Shown here: positions 38,321 through 48,989 of the stretch, piece by piece
Layout: each line of letters opens with the position of its first letter
Numbering within the stretch: the first letter of the stretch is position 1
DNA from: Minisyncoccota bacterium
GTDB lineage: Bacteria; Patescibacteriota; Minisyncoccia; Phycocordibacterales; UBA9973
NCBI GenBank assembly: GCA_018061035.1
Contig: JAGOUX010000001.1
Coordinates: 76,249-140,248 of the forward strand
Direction of reading: 5' to 3'
DNA length: 64,000 nt
Made by a program: the position numbers and the translations under genes
The notes under the pieces: generated by a model
Seen by the model: the letters and a program-made list of their open reading frames with translations, nothing else
Told to the model about the DNA's origin: nothing
The model's database searches: none

Positions 38321-40894
38321 TTAAATTACAATGTTGATAAGTCTATTCTTTACGTAAATTATTTTTTTAGGAACTGATCCTCCGAGATATTTAATCACAT
38401 TTTCATTGGCGAGCGCTGACTCCTTGATAATATCTTCTCCGTCATCGGCAGAGACAAGTATATCTGCTCTCACTTTTCCATTGACCTGAATCATAATCTT
38501 CATTTCCTGATCTACAATCTTCTTTGGATCAAATTTTGGCCAAGATTCATTGACTAAGAGTGATTTATTGCCCATCAGACTCCAAAGCTCCTCGGTAATA
38601 TGAGGTGCAAAAGGAGCGAGTATTTTCAAAAATATTTCGAAATCCTTTTGTGCTATCTCTTCTTGTTTTTCCATTTCGTTTAATAAGATCATCATAGTAG
38701 AAATAGAAGTATTGAAAGAAAAAGTCTCGATATCTTCCCCTACTTTTTTAATAGCTTTGTGAAGAATTTTCTCAACAGAAATTGCTGATGTTTTTCTTAT
38801 CTTTTGTTCTAAAATCTTTTGGCCGAGCTTCCAGACTCTCTCGACAAAACGTCGAGAACCTACGATATTGTCAGTACTCCATGGCAATGATGCAGCAAAT
38901 GGGCCCATAAACATCTCGTACACTCGAAGGGTGTCCGCACCATGAATTCGAATAACTTCATCGGGATTGACCACATTGCCCCAACGCTTGCTCATCTTGC
39001 GGTTATCAGTTCCCAGGATCATTCCTAGATTGCGGAGCGTCTGAAATGGTTCTTCGGTCACCACCAAGCCATAATCTTTCAAAAATTTGTGCCAAAAACG
39101 AGCATAAAGAAGATGCCCGGTAGCGTGCTCAGCACCGCCCACATACATATCTACATTTTTCCAATATTTAATTGCGCTCTTGTCTGCGAAGGCTTTCTTG
39201 TTCTTCGGATCCATATAACGGAGGAAATACCATGAAGATCCTGCCCAACCCGGCATTGTATTTGTCTCATATCCCTTCTTTGTCCACGCAGATACGCTCG
39301 CTAGTGGAGATTCTCCTGTGCCAGTAGGCTGGTATGTTTTTACTGGTGGAAGCCGAAGTGGTAGACTTTTCTCTGGCAATTCATGAATCATGCCAGCTTT
39401 ATCATATGATAGAGGTATCGGCTCGCCCCAATATCTCTGGCGAGCAAATATCGCATCACGCATCTTGTAACTCACCTTGCGAACTGCATATCCTTTACGA
39501 ACTACATAGTCCGCGATCTCTTCCCGCACATCTTTTATTTCTCTACCAGCAAATTCTTTCGGTTCGGTAAGTACGCCATCTAAAATAGGATTTTCAAAAT
39601 TTCTCTGTTCGCCATTTTTGGGAACAATAACTTCTTTTAATTTTATTCCATACTTGTTCGCAAAGACAAAATCTCTTTCATCGTGCGCAGAGCATTTCAC
39701 AATACCTGTACCGTAATCTTTAAGTGCAAAACTCGCTACCCATATCGGCAAGTCGCCATTGCCAAGCGGGTCAACAGCATATCTTCCGGTGAAAATTCCT
39801 TCAACCTCTTTGTATTCTCCTTCTTTGGCTGCATCTCTTTTAGCAGTAATTTCCTTCGCTTTTCTAAGGACCTCATCTTTTTGCTTACTTCCTTCTAGGA
39901 GTTTTGGCAAAAATGGATGGTCGGGAGCAATGACAAAAAATGTATCTGCATAACACGCTTCAAAATGCGCAGAAAATGTTTGGATAGTTAGATCTGTGTC
40001 TTTAACTTTAGCAGAAAATATTAATCCTTCAGATTTACCGATCCAATTTTTCTGAATCTCCTTTATGTGGGTAGACCAGTCCAGACCCTCAAGCCCTGAA
40101 AGAAGTCTGTCTGCATATGCAGTAATTCGCATGAACCATTGACGCATTTCCTTTTTCTCAACTGGGTAGCCTCCACGTTCAGACACAGGACCATCTTTAC
40201 CATCCACCACTTCATCATTTGCAAGTACTGTACCAAGCTTGGGACACCAATTCACCTGCGCATAGCCTTCGTATGCTAAACGGTATTTCATCAGTACATC
40301 CTGTTTTTCTTTTGGATTTTTTATTTTCCACTCCGCACTGCTAAATATCTCGGTATTCTGACTCGAGACTGCATGGACATCCTTATTACCTGACTTGGCA
40401 AAAATCTTCTCCAATTTCTCGATCGGCTCAGCTTTATTCGTATCTGTGTTGTACCAAGAATTATAAATCTTGAGAAATATCCATTGTGTCCATTTATAAA
40501 ATTCAGGATCTGTAGTATTCACTCTCCTATCCCAATCATACGAAAGACCGATTATAGAAAGTTGTTTCTCGAAGGTCTTAACATTTTTCTCAACAGCCTG
40601 ACGCGGATTGATATTGTGCTCTATTGCGTACTGTTCTGCCGGCAAACCAAAAGCATCATAACCCATCGGGTGAAGCACATTGAAGCCCTGCATTCGCTTC
40701 AACCTCGCATATATATCAGAACCGATATATCCCTTCGGATGTCCAACATGAAGACCCACTCCAGATGGATATGGGAACATGTCTAGCACATAGTGCTTTT
40801 TCTTTTTTGAATTATTAAGAGTTTTGTAGGCCTTTTTCTTATCCCAGACAGTCTGCCATTTCTTTTCAATTTTTTTGTGGTCGTAAGCTTTCAC
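38321..40894 (-). CDS. leuS: leucine--tRNA ligase
   Basis: PYPSGVGLHVGH (HIGH region) and KMSKRWGN (KMSKS). 857 aa. Confidence 0.9.
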   Translation of the reverse strand: MKAYDHKKIEKKWQTVWDKKKAYKTLNNSKKKKHYVLDMFPYPSGVGLHVGHPKGYIGSDIYARLKRMQGFNVLHPMGYDAFGLPAEQYAIEHNINPRQAVEKNVKTFEKQLSIIGLSYDWDRRVNTTDPEFYKWTQWIFLKIYNSWYNTDTNKAEPIEKLEKIFAKSGNKDVHAVSSQNTEIFSSAEWKIKNPKEKQDVLMKYRLAYEGYAQVNWCPKLGTVLANDEVVDGKDGPVSERGGYPVEKKEMRQWFMRITAYADRLLSGLEGLDWSTHIKEIQKNWIGKSEGLIFSAKVKDTDLTIQTFSAHFEACYADTFFVIAPDHPFLPKLLEGSKQKDEVLRKAKEITAKRDAAKEGEYKEVEGIFTGRYAVDPLGNGDLPIWVASFALKDYGTGIVKCSAHDERDFVFANKYGIKLKEVIVPKNGEQRNFENPILDGVLTEPKEFAGREIKDVREEIADYVVRKGYAVRKVSYKMRDAIFARQRYWGEPIPLSYDKAGMIHELPEKSLPLRLPPVKTYQPTGTGESPLASVSAWTKKGYETNTMPGWAGSSWYFLRYMDPKNKKAFADKSAIKYWKNVDMYVGGAEHATGHLLYARFWHKFLKDYGLVVTEEPFQTLRNLGMILGTDNRKMSKRWGNVVNPDEVIRIHGADTLRVYEMFMGPFAASLPWSTDNIVGSRRFVERVWKLGQKILEQKIRKTSAISVEKILHKAIKKVGEDIETFSFNTSISTMMILLNEMEKQEEIAQKDFEIFLKILAPFAPHITEELWSLMGNKSLLVNESWPKFDPKKIVDQEMKIMIQVNGKVRADILVSADDGEDIIKESALANENVIKYLGGSVPKKIIYVKNRLINIVI

Positions 40895-40902
40895 GTGTAT
40901 TG

Positions 40903-41439
40903 CTAGTTATCTTTAAATCTTTTCATAGCCACCCAAATCAGAATACCTAAGACAATCGCAAGAATAATTACTTTTATCAAATTATCAGCAGAAGACCAGT
41001 ATCTCATAGAAGCGATGATAAATGACAATACACCAGCGAGTGACATAGCGATACTGATGACTGTATTACCAGTTAGAAATGAACCAATAGCCACACACAA
41101 AGCACCCAGTATTACGAGAGTAATAAATACATTTCTATCATATACCTTCTGTGCCGCCATGAATTCTTGTTGTTTGGTAAAATTAGGATCACAGTAGCCT
41201 TTAACTACCTCCTTTGTGCCTTCTATTTTTTGAGGAACAGTATTTTCATTCCACTGACCACCGATATTCAAACAAGCTTCTTTGGTGGTGACCGGCTCCA
41301 CTACTTGCGATTGGGGAAAGTAATTATTGTAGTCAGGTGACTTATAAACTAAAGATAATGCGTAATTAAAAAACAAATTAAGGACAATAACAATACCTAT
41401 AATGAGAGACCACTTTAGGACTTTTGATTGTGTTTGCAT
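40903..41439 (-). CDS. membrane protein, hypothetical
   Basis: 178 aa with N-terminal and C-terminal TM helices. Confidence 0.4.
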   Translation of the reverse strand: MQTQSKVLKWSLIIGIVIVLNLFFNYALSLVYKSPDYNNYFPQSQVVEPVTTKEACLNIGGQWNENTVPQKIEGTKEVVKGYCDPNFTKQQEFMAAQKVYDRNVFITLVILGALCVAIGSFLTGNTVISIAMSLAGVLSFIIASMRYWSSADNLIKVIILAIVLGILIWVAMKRFKDN

Positions 41440-41483
41440 TCTTCTATCATACTACAAAGTAGCTTATATTTCTAGCCTAAAAA

Positions 41484-42383
41484 TTAAGCACTCCAAATAG
41501 CAGTATTCGCGAGTGGAATGGTTCTTTTATTGGATGTCTCGAGCACGCACATTTCTCCTGCTTGTACTTCCCCCTTTTTATCCTTCATTGTTTCAGAAAG
41601 AGCATAGCCTAGAGACAGCGACGAAGACTCTATTGCGTATGAAGTAAGGATGACGAAAAGTGGTTTATTGCTGAGTACTCTCTTTACAGCTGTTAGAAGT
41701 TTCGGTAGACTCTCTTCTATTTTCCATACCTCGCCTTTTGGTCCGCGTCCAAATTTTGGCGGATCCATAATAACAGCATCGTATGTATTCCCACGCTTGG
41801 CTTCCCGCTCTAGGAATTTCAAAACATCGTCTTCGATGATGCGCATTGGTGATTCTACTAGACCAGTATTTAAATTTTGATTTTCTTTAGCAAGCTTGAG
41901 CGACTGCGATGATGCATCAAGATGAGTGACATCTGCTCCTGCACGAAGCGCAAAAAGACTCGCGACACCGGTATATCCGAACAAGTTCAAGAACTTAGGT
42001 TTTTGTAAAGGACTGTCCTTTACAAAACTACCTATTTTTTGTTCGATAAAATCCCAATGAGTGGCTTGCTCAGGGAAAAAGCTCAAGTGGCGAAATGGTG
42101 TTGGTGATGCATGGAATTTAATACCTTTGTATTCCATTTCCCAACGTTCTGCAAATTTACGCTCCATCTTCCACCCTGGCTTTGCACCAGTCTTCGCAGA
42201 CCAGAATTTACCATCTATATCTGTCCATTCTTTTTTGCTTAATGTCTTGGGCCAGACTGCATCCTCATATGGACGCACAAAGTTATGCCGTCCGAAACGC
42301 TCAAGCTTCTCGCCTTCTCCTGTATCTAGGAGCTCGTAATCAGTCCAGTCTTCGGTATAAAAAATTTTAATTTTGTGGTCCAT
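41484..42383 (-). CDS. class I SAM-dependent rRNA methyltransferase (RlmI/RlmK-like)
   Basis: FLNLFGYTGVASLFAL (motif I), the DPPKFGRG motif, and an N-terminal EEHD-like domain. Confidence 0.65.
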   Translation of the reverse strand: MDHKIKIFYTEDWTDYELLDTGEGEKLERFGRHNFVRPYEDAVWPKTLSKKEWTDIDGKFWSAKTGAKPGWKMERKFAERWEMEYKGIKFHASPTPFRHLSFFPEQATHWDFIEQKIGSFVKDSPLQKPKFLNLFGYTGVASLFALRAGADVTHLDASSQSLKLAKENQNLNTGLVESPMRIIEDDVLKFLEREAKRGNTYDAVIMDPPKFGRGPKGEVWKIEESLPKLLTAVKRVLSNKPLFVILTSYAIESSSLSLGYALSETMKDKKGEVQAGEMCVLETSNKRTIPLANTAIWSA

Positions 42384-43375
42384 TATATCTTAAACTCTAT
42401 CACATCCCCATCTTTTACAATATATTCCTTGCCTTCAGTGCGGACCAACCCCTTAGACCGTGCGGCAGCATATGAACCTGAATCAAGAAGATCTTTCCAG
42501 AAGACTACTTCCGCACGGATAAACTTATCTTTAAAGTCTGTATGAATTGCAGTTCCAGCTATCGGCGCAGTGGAACCTACCTTTATAGTCCAAGCACGAG
42601 TCTCGTCTTCACCAGTAGTGAGGAATGTTTCCAGCCCGAGAAGTTTGTAACTGCCAGTGATCAGGTCATCAAAACCTTTTTCAAAAACTGAATCAATATG
42701 AACAAATGGTCCAGGTACGGCAAACTCCACATTCTGGTTTGCTTCAGAAGTATTGAGCACATAGAGCATTGGCTTGAGGGTTAGGAGGTTGAGGGACTTG
42801 ATTCTAAACTTTTCATCATCATTAAGCTCCACATCTGTAGCCATTCTGCCTTCTTCGAGAACTTTTTCAATTTTCTTTAAAATAGCTTCTTCCGCTATTG
42901 CATCCTTGCTTCCCTTTTTCAAATCACCAGCCAAAGTTTTAATTCTTTTTGAAACTATTTCCATATCAGAGAGTACAAGCTCGAGGTTGATCACACCAAT
43001 ATCAGAAAGCGGGTCAATCTTGTTCGCAACGTGAATCACTGATGGATCTTCAAACACTCTCACCACATGAGCGATAGCATCAACCTCTCGAATATTTGAG
43101 AGAAATTTATTTCCAAGTCCTTCACCCTTAGAAGCACCAGCCACAAGACCCGCAATGTCTACGAATTCAATGACAGCTGGAATTGTCTTAGCAGATTTAG
43201 AAAATCCTGAGAGCTTCTGCACTCGCTCATCCGGCACTGGCACAATGCCTACTGATGGATCAATGGTGCAGAATGGATAGTTTTCTGCCGGAACGCTTTT
43301 CTTTGTAAGCGCGTTAAAAAGCGTGGACTTCCCCACATTCGGCAATCCGACAATACCGATAGCTAGTGCAGACAT
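42383..43375 (-). CDS. ychF: ribosome-binding ATPase YchF (Obg-family GTPase)
   Basis: G1 GIVGLPNVGKSTLFNALT and a C-terminal TGS domain. 330 aa. Confidence 0.85.
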   Translation of the reverse strand: MSALAIGIVGLPNVGKSTLFNALTKKSVPAENYPFCTIDPSVGIVPVPDERVQKLSGFSKSAKTIPAVIEFVDIAGLVAGASKGEGLGNKFLSNIREVDAIAHVVRVFEDPSVIHVANKIDPLSDIGVINLELVLSDMEIVSKRIKTLAGDLKKGSKDAIAEEAILKKIEKVLEEGRMATDVELNDDEKFRIKSLNLLTLKPMLYVLNTSEANQNVEFAVPGPFVHIDSVFEKGFDDLITGSYKLLGLETFLTTGEDETRAWTIKVGSTAPIAGTAIHTDFKDKFIRAEVVFWKDLLDSGSYAAARSKGLVRTEGKEYIVKDGDVIEFKI

Positions 43376-44969
43376 TGATATTTGATATTATTGGAACGAA
43401 TCCATAAACTTGTAATTTCTCTCTGGTACCGACCGCTTTATCTATAATACCTCTTACTATCTCCTTTTTTTCATCAAAACTCAAGTTTTTGAGTTCTTCT
43501 GGTGCATTTTGAGCAAAAGCTTCTATGTCACCCAACTTGGGAACCACACCCCCTTCTTTTTTACGATCCTCCGTTATTTCACTTATTTGGACATTAAGAA
43601 AAGAAATCTTGTCTCTAATTGGTATTGTATATTCTTTAAACTGATCTAAAGTAATAGCCCCAGCGCCATAAGCTTTAGCGTATCGATCTTCCTGGTTTTT
43701 TAATTTGGAGATCTCTCTTTCTGTTTCTTGGATGTTTATTGTCGGCCCTAGAATTGTCTGATTCTTAAGGTTGAGCCACACTTCAGCTTGTTCCAATAGT
43801 CGTTCCGGTGAACTTATAAGCTGAATTATCTCCTGCCAAACCATTTTATCAACTATACGTGCATTCAAACCTTTTTCATTACAAAGAGAAGGTAAAGGAA
43901 ATGAATTAACTCTACCAGAACAACGATAATATAAATGCTTACCTTTTTGAGGACCTTCCCCAGCTCGTCTTTGCCCGCAAACACACCATATCTGACCAGC
44001 TAGCAGATACTCGTTTTTGGTGTTTCTTCTTGAAAGAATGAAGCTTGATTTCAACTTCTGCCCAACTCTATTAAATACATCCTCGTCAATAATTTTTGGT
44101 ACAGGAATCTTTATCCATTCGCTTTCAGGTTTCATTTTTCTACTCGTTTTCTTGATCTTTTTGTAAGTCTCTTGCTTTAGTGGTTTTTGTGGTACCACAG
44201 CATACGAAGCTCCATAATGAGCTTCACCGATATAAGTTCTATTTCGCAAGAGAGTGCTCAATGTGCTCGTACTCCAAACACCTCGTTCGCTTTTTCGTGG
44301 TTTTATTTCTAATTCTTGAAGTTTTCGTACTAGTGCTCTTAAGGTCAAACCCTCATCATCTACCCATGAAAAAAGCTTCTTAACGGTCTCTGCTTCCTCT
44401 TCATTGACTTCGTAGTGACCTTGAGCAAAATCCGAATCTCCTCTTTTACCCTTTTTGATTAGAAGCGTATAACCATAAGGGGCTTGGCTACTGACTACAT
44501 GTCCTTCCTTAGCTTTCCGTACTTTACCCAATCTAAATCTCTCTTTGATTTTCATTCTTTCATACTCAGTAAAAACTCCTCTCATTTTATACATGATGAT
44601 ATCTTCGTCAGTTTTTGCTTGAGGGATTGTCACAAAGAGGACATCTATTTCTAACTCTTTGAGTTCTTCCATCACCACCTCTTGCCACGAACCACGCCTG
44701 GCAAGCCTATCTGGATCATACATTAAAACAGCTTCCCAGCTTTTTTTCTTCGCGTCCATACGAAGCTGATCAAGACCTGGCCTCGCTAGACTGTCACCAC
44801 TCCATCCATTATCTTCATATTCTTGCACAATAGTATAACCATTTTTTTGGGCAAATTCTTTGATAGCTAAGTTTTGAGTTTCAATAGTTCCCTCGTTTTC
44901 TTGATTCGAAGTAGACACCCGCTTATATGTAGCAACTAGCTTATTTACTTTTTTTATTTCTTCAATCAT
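43314..44969 (-). CDS. large serine recombinase (integrase)
   Basis: N-terminal resolvase catalytic domain (YKRVSTSNQ...), recombinase domain, zinc-ribbon Cys cluster (CVCGQ...YYRCSGR) and coiled coil. The final 20 codons read into the ychF start region. Confidence 0.85.
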   Translation of the reverse strand: MIEEIKKVNKLVATYKRVSTSNQENEGTIETQNLAIKEFAQKNGYTIVQEYEDNGWSGDSLARPGLDQLRMDAKKKSWEAVLMYDPDRLARRGSWQEVVMEELKELEIDVLFVTIPQAKTDEDIIMYKMRGVFTEYERMKIKERFRLGKVRKAKEGHVVSSQAPYGYTLLIKKGKRGDSDFAQGHYEVNEEEAETVKKLFSWVDDEGLTLRALVRKLQELEIKPRKSERGVWSTSTLSTLLRNRTYIGEAHYGASYAVVPQKPLKQETYKKIKKTSRKMKPESEWIKIPVPKIIDEDVFNRVGQKLKSSFILSRRNTKNEYLLAGQIWCVCGQRRAGEGPQKGKHLYYRCSGRVNSFPLPSLCNEKGLNARIVDKMVWQEIIQLISSPERLLEQAEVWLNLKNQTILGPTINIQETEREISKLKNQEDRYAKAYGAGAITLDQFKEYTIPIRDKISFLNVQISEITEDRKKEGGVVPKLGDIEAFAQNAPEELKNLSFDEKKEIVRGIIDKAVGTREKLQVYGFVPIISNINVCTSYRYCRIAECGEVHAF

Positions 44970-45184
44970 TTTTTGTTTTTACTTCTTTCCAAAAACTTTT
45001 TAATTTCAGATTTTGGTATCCGCAAAAGAGACGTCTTGCCTTCACCTAGCTTGTAACTTTTTAAAATACCGCTCTCAATCCAGCGATCAACCGTTCTTTC
45101 GTGAACCCTAAAGTATTTTGCTACTTCATTCCTTGTGAGAAATTCCATAAATATATTATGCTCAAAATTGTCTATTATTGTCAA
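44966..45184 (-). CDS. excisionase-family HTH DNA-binding protein
   Basis: LTRNEVAKYFRVHERTVDRWIESG is a MerR/excisionase-type HTH. It overlaps the recombinase start by 4 nt. Confidence 0.65.
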   Translation of the reverse strand: MTIIDNFEHNIFMEFLTRNEVAKYFRVHERTVDRWIESGILKSYKLGEGKTSLLRIPKSEIKKFLERSKNKK

Positions 45185-45399
45185 TTCAACTTATCCACAC
45201 TGTACATCTTTTTATATACCTTACTAAAGATAATATCGTAAACTTTGGCCAATCTTCTTTGTGTATCTTCCTCTGAAGCAGACTCAGAAACAAAATACGA
45301 AATCTTGGGGATTAAAACCTTTTTGGGCTTCCGTTTTCGTACCTCTTCCTTTGTTTCGACTTCAAATGACATATAAATTTTACTTTTTTGATAGCCCAA
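45181..45399 (-). CDS. hypothetical small protein
   Basis: 72-aa ORF whose stop overlaps the next gene's start. Confidence 0.3.
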   Translation of the reverse strand: MGYQKSKIYMSFEVETKEEVRKRKPKKVLIPKISYFVSESASEEDTQRRLAKVYDIIFSKVYKKMYSVDKLN

Positions 45400-45874
45400 A
45401 ATCCTGCTCTTCTCTCAACTGTTTTAGAGCCTTAATCATTTCTTTTTTGAGTTTTTCTTGAGTGAGATTATTTTCTCTGATTTCATCAGTGATTTTAACC
45501 TTGGAGAGATTTCTTATTCTTCTTCTAGATTCAGGGCCCCACGAATCATTAAAGGATTCTATCTCATCCCATTCTTGAAATTTTTGTTGACTGTTAAAAA
45601 TATTCCTCTCAATTTCACGGAATCTTCTCAATTTCCATCCCGAAAAAATATATGTTTTTAAAAATTCTTCTTCGATTTTCGATTGAGCACCCATCTTTTC
45701 ACGTATTTTAAGGACATAATCAGTAAAAATCCTCTTATTCTCCCCTTTTATGAGTACCTGTCGGCCCAAAACAACAGGATCTAACCCGTCTTCTAGTTCC
45801 TTAATTATTCTTTGTACTTTCTTAAAAGAGTTTATTCGCTGCTTATTCAATTTTATTTCTTTAATATTTTTCAT
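45380..45874 (-). CDS. hypothetical protein
   Basis: 164 aa, basic, with no motif. Confidence 0.35.
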   Translation of the reverse strand: MKNIKEIKLNKQRINSFKKVQRIIKELEDGLDPVVLGRQVLIKGENKRIFTDYVLKIREKMGAQSKIEEEFLKTYIFSGWKLRRFREIERNIFNSQQKFQEWDEIESFNDSWGPESRRRIRNLSKVKITDEIRENNLTQEKLKKEMIKALKQLREEQDFGLSKK

Positions 45875-45885
45875 ATTTTAAAACC

Positions 45886-48228
45886 CTAAAAAGGTATATC
45901 TTCCACATTAAGAAAAGACTTTTTTGGTAACTCCGGAGGCAGTTCATCAATTCCGTCTTGATCTTTTTCTACTACCGAACTTAAACCATGAAAAAGGTCA
46001 ACATCTTGCAGCGATGAAGCGATGGGAGCGATGTTTTCCTTAATCTTACGGATGGTTATCTTCCTATGTTGTCCACCTTCTCTTTCAACATAAATTCCTA
46101 CTTCTTCTAAGGTAGTTTTTAATGCCATGATATTACGACTAAAAACTTGAGGTGTATCTGGTATTTTTGTACGCCAGTCATCAATATATTTTAAACGTAA
46201 AATGGCAAGAAGTTCGGTAGCACTACCACTCCACTCTTCTTTATCAGCCATAAATTCCACAATGAAGGATGCTTCAAGGTTGTCATTAATAACTTCATCA
46301 CTCTGAAGATTTATATTCTGTGTATATGCACGCAAAAACTCTGCTCTGCTGTGACCCAATGCTTCAGCAATAGCACAACCCCATAATGTAAAATCAGCCA
46401 TGCGTGGAAGATTAGTCTCTTTTACTGTAGGGCGTATTTCCATAGCTTTAGATAACACAGTGAAGATAGAACCAAGCAATGACGGCAATTCAGCAGTGAA
46501 GTTATCTAGCATATCCTTCTCTTCCTTGCGCTTACCCTTTGGAATTCTCGCAAGGTCCACCAGGACACTACGCTCTAGTAGGTCTGGCTTGAGTGAAGGT
46601 AGATTAATGCCATTAAGTGATATACACCTCTTAAAGTTGTAGATAATATCGCTATCATCGCTGTATAGCTCCCGTTTAGAAAAGCCACTGCCTGTAACGG
46701 CTCTACACAATATGTCAGATAGTTCAGACGGTATTATGGTGATATTGTCGAAAACTAAAAACCAGTGGTGTGCTAATTGCTGTATCAATTCTTTCTGATC
46801 CTTCGGAAAATCACTACCATCAATCTTTGAGGGGTCAATTATCTTTTTGAGTATTTTAGATACAGTTGATTTTGCCGAACCTTGGGGACCATGAAAATAT
46901 ATCATTGGGTGTGGAAATCCAGGGATGAAACAACAAATTAACCATACTGCGAGCAATAATTTGTGGTCCTCGCGCTCAATGTTTATATAACTAAATAGAT
47001 TAAAAATATCACCACCTAACACAGGAGTCACTTGAGGTTGCTGATGGTTATACGTTCGAAAAAGAATAGGTGGATTCTTTTCTATGGTCCACCCAGTAGC
47101 AGATATTTTTACGCTTTGCCATTCACTATCGCTTAAAAAATAAAATATAGAATCACCTTTCTGGTTCACCCTATTTTCTAGTTCATATTGATTTCCTTCA
47201 TATGCCGCATGACCCTCAACTGTGTTTAGAGCAGTACTAATAGCATCATTGTTTGGCGTTTTAGAATACTTTTTCCAGTATTCTCTTCCAAGCCACATTT
47301 TTGTTTTCTTACTTCTGCACACATAGTATTCTTTATGATTATCAACAGGAAATTGTATGTATGGTTCATCTAGTTCACTACAAAAAAGTAGTATATCAGG
47401 GGATTCTAAAACTAGACTTACAATTTTATCGGCCTGACTTGTTGCTTTTTCCTTTCTCTCTTCTTCTTTATTTATATGATATTTTTTTATACTTTCCCAA
47501 ACCCCTCTTAATTCCTTTTCTGACATAGGCGGAATATTTTCACTATTCCAAACTTTAAAGTTTTTCCAGCCTACGCTTTCCCATAATTCCACAGGAGCAG
47601 AAAACAGCAACCTTCCTGCCATAGAAGCGGCAGTGTCATTTCTTAAGCCTTTGGGAGCGCCGTCTTTGAATGACAACCATTTTTTGTCGTTATTGCCTTG
47701 AGTCCTAATTTGAACAACCCATTCTGGCAGTTCAGAAAAATCAGAATCATCTGGCGAGATGAGCCACTCATACTCCCCTTTAGTACTTACGGACGGTGGT
47801 GCTACTACATAACCCCCATCCCCTCTTATATCTGTTAATTCTCGAACCCTTGTCCCATTTGAGACCTTCTCACTTGGGTGTTTGTAATAAAAATGCATAC
47901 CTCCCCCTCCAGTTTTAGCCGCCACTGTTGGCAGATACCCAGAACTATTGCCGTCTTTTTCAACATCTACAACAACGACCCCTGAAATCTTTCCAGTTAC
48001 GATAGCGATGCCTGCGTTTGGCCATACCGTCCACCAATTATTTATTTCTTCTTGTGTAGGAAATCTACTTTGAAATTCTGCCCAACTTATAAATGGTTTT
48101 TTATCAGCTTGAACAGGTATTATACTGAAACCTTTTCTAAGATAATGTAATGCCCAATCTAGATTTGTTTTTTTATTCTCTGGTGACATAAATATACAAA
48201 GCCGATGACATGTAACGCCTAGTAACAC
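45886..48228 (-). CDS. replicase: bifunctional DNA primase/polymerase (Prim-Pol) N-terminal domain fused to a P-loop SF3-like helicase/primase C-terminal domain
   Basis: Prim-Pol motifs VVVVDVEKDG and GGGMHFYYKH, then Walker A GPQGSAKST and Walker B LVFDNI. The listed start is GTG; an in-frame ATG lies 13 codons downstream (MSPENKK). Confidence 0.8.
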   Translation of the reverse strand: MLLGVTCHRLCIFMSPENKKTNLDWALHYLRKGFSIIPVQADKKPFISWAEFQSRFPTQEEINNWWTVWPNAGIAIVTGKISGVVVVDVEKDGNSSGYLPTVAAKTGGGGMHFYYKHPSEKVSNGTRVRELTDIRGDGGYVVAPPSVSTKGEYEWLISPDDSDFSELPEWVVQIRTQGNNDKKWLSFKDGAPKGLRNDTAASMAGRLLFSAPVELWESVGWKNFKVWNSENIPPMSEKELRGVWESIKKYHINKEEERKEKATSQADKIVSLVLESPDILLFCSELDEPYIQFPVDNHKEYYVCRSKKTKMWLGREYWKKYSKTPNNDAISTALNTVEGHAAYEGNQYELENRVNQKGDSIFYFLSDSEWQSVKISATGWTIEKNPPILFRTYNHQQPQVTPVLGGDIFNLFSYINIEREDHKLLLAVWLICCFIPGFPHPMIYFHGPQGSAKSTVSKILKKIIDPSKIDGSDFPKDQKELIQQLAHHWFLVFDNITIIPSELSDILCRAVTGSGFSKRELYSDDSDIIYNFKRCISLNGINLPSLKPDLLERSVLVDLARIPKGKRKEEKDMLDNFTAELPSLLGSIFTVLSKAMEIRPTVKETNLPRMADFTLWGCAIAEALGHSRAEFLRAYTQNINLQSDEVINDNLEASFIVEFMADKEEWSGSATELLAILRLKYIDDWRTKIPDTPQVFSRNIMALKTTLEEVGIYVEREGGQHRKITIRKIKENIAPIASSLQDVDLFHGLSSVVEKDQDGIDELPPELPKKSFLNVEDIPF

Positions 48229-48256
48229 ATCATCGGCTTTGTATACTAGGCGTTAC
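48196..48256. promoter_or_regulatory. two interleaved perfect 13-bp inverted repeats (A-B-A'-B') at the replicase 5' end
   Basis: A is acaaagccgatga (48196-48208), B is gtaacgcctagta (48212-48224), A' is tcatcggctttgt (48230-42) and B' is tactaggcgttac (48244-56). Confidence 0.4.
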
Positions 48257-48326
48257 CATATTAAAAACACCGAACTTATATATTCAGTGTAGTCATTTGA
48301 ATTATTATGTATAAAGTATTAAGGAG

Positions 48327-48971
48327 TTACTTATCCCTGATTTTTTTACCGAAGACTTTAGGTCGTTCTTTCTTTGGAATACCTAGCATATTGCATACAT
48401 CCGTCACAATGGTTCTCACGTTGGTTTCATCAATTTTTTGTTTGAAAGTTTTAAAAATATTATCTTGGATATTTTGCAAAGTGGAGCCACTTTTCGCCAT
48501 TTTAAAAATTGACAGATCTCTTTCCGAGTACAACTTCTTTCTATTCCTTTTGATTATTTGAGGCTTGAAATACTCTCCCATCAACTTAAATGCCAACTCA
48601 AAATCTTGGAGTCGCGTATTAGGTCCCACTTTTAAAAAATAATAATCAATAGTCTTTTTCTTTTCAGGAATTTGTATTACTAAACCATCTTTATCAAAAC
48701 AATGGTTTACATTTCTCAGCCCTTTATTTTGAATGAAATCAATCACTTCTTCTTGGTAACTTTTTTCTACATGTAGCCTTTTAAACAACTTTGTTATTTC
48801 AAGCTGTTTTTTCTTAGGAGAGGTTATTTTCATTATCTCCTCCGCTTCAGATAAAAATGATTCGTCATCAAAAATAGACTTGGATTTTAAATCGTAGGAC
48901 TTCTTAGGGGTTACATATTCTAGGCGCATACATTGAAAATGATACATTTTTTTGTCATAATAACAATACAA
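48327..48971 (-). CDS. hypothetical protein (element-encoded)
   Basis: 214 aa, basic. Confidence 0.4.
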   Translation of the reverse strand: MYCYYDKKMYHFQCMRLEYVTPKKSYDLKSKSIFDDESFLSEAEEIMKITSPKKKQLEITKLFKRLHVEKSYQEEVIDFIQNKGLRNVNHCFDKDGLVIQIPEKKKTIDYYFLKVGPNTRLQDFELAFKLMGEYFKPQIIKRNRKKLYSERDLSIFKMAKSGSTLQNIQDNIFKTFKQKIDETNVRTIVTDVCNMLGIPKKERPKVFGKKIRDK

Positions 48972-48989
48972 CTAAATAAATGACCTAAC

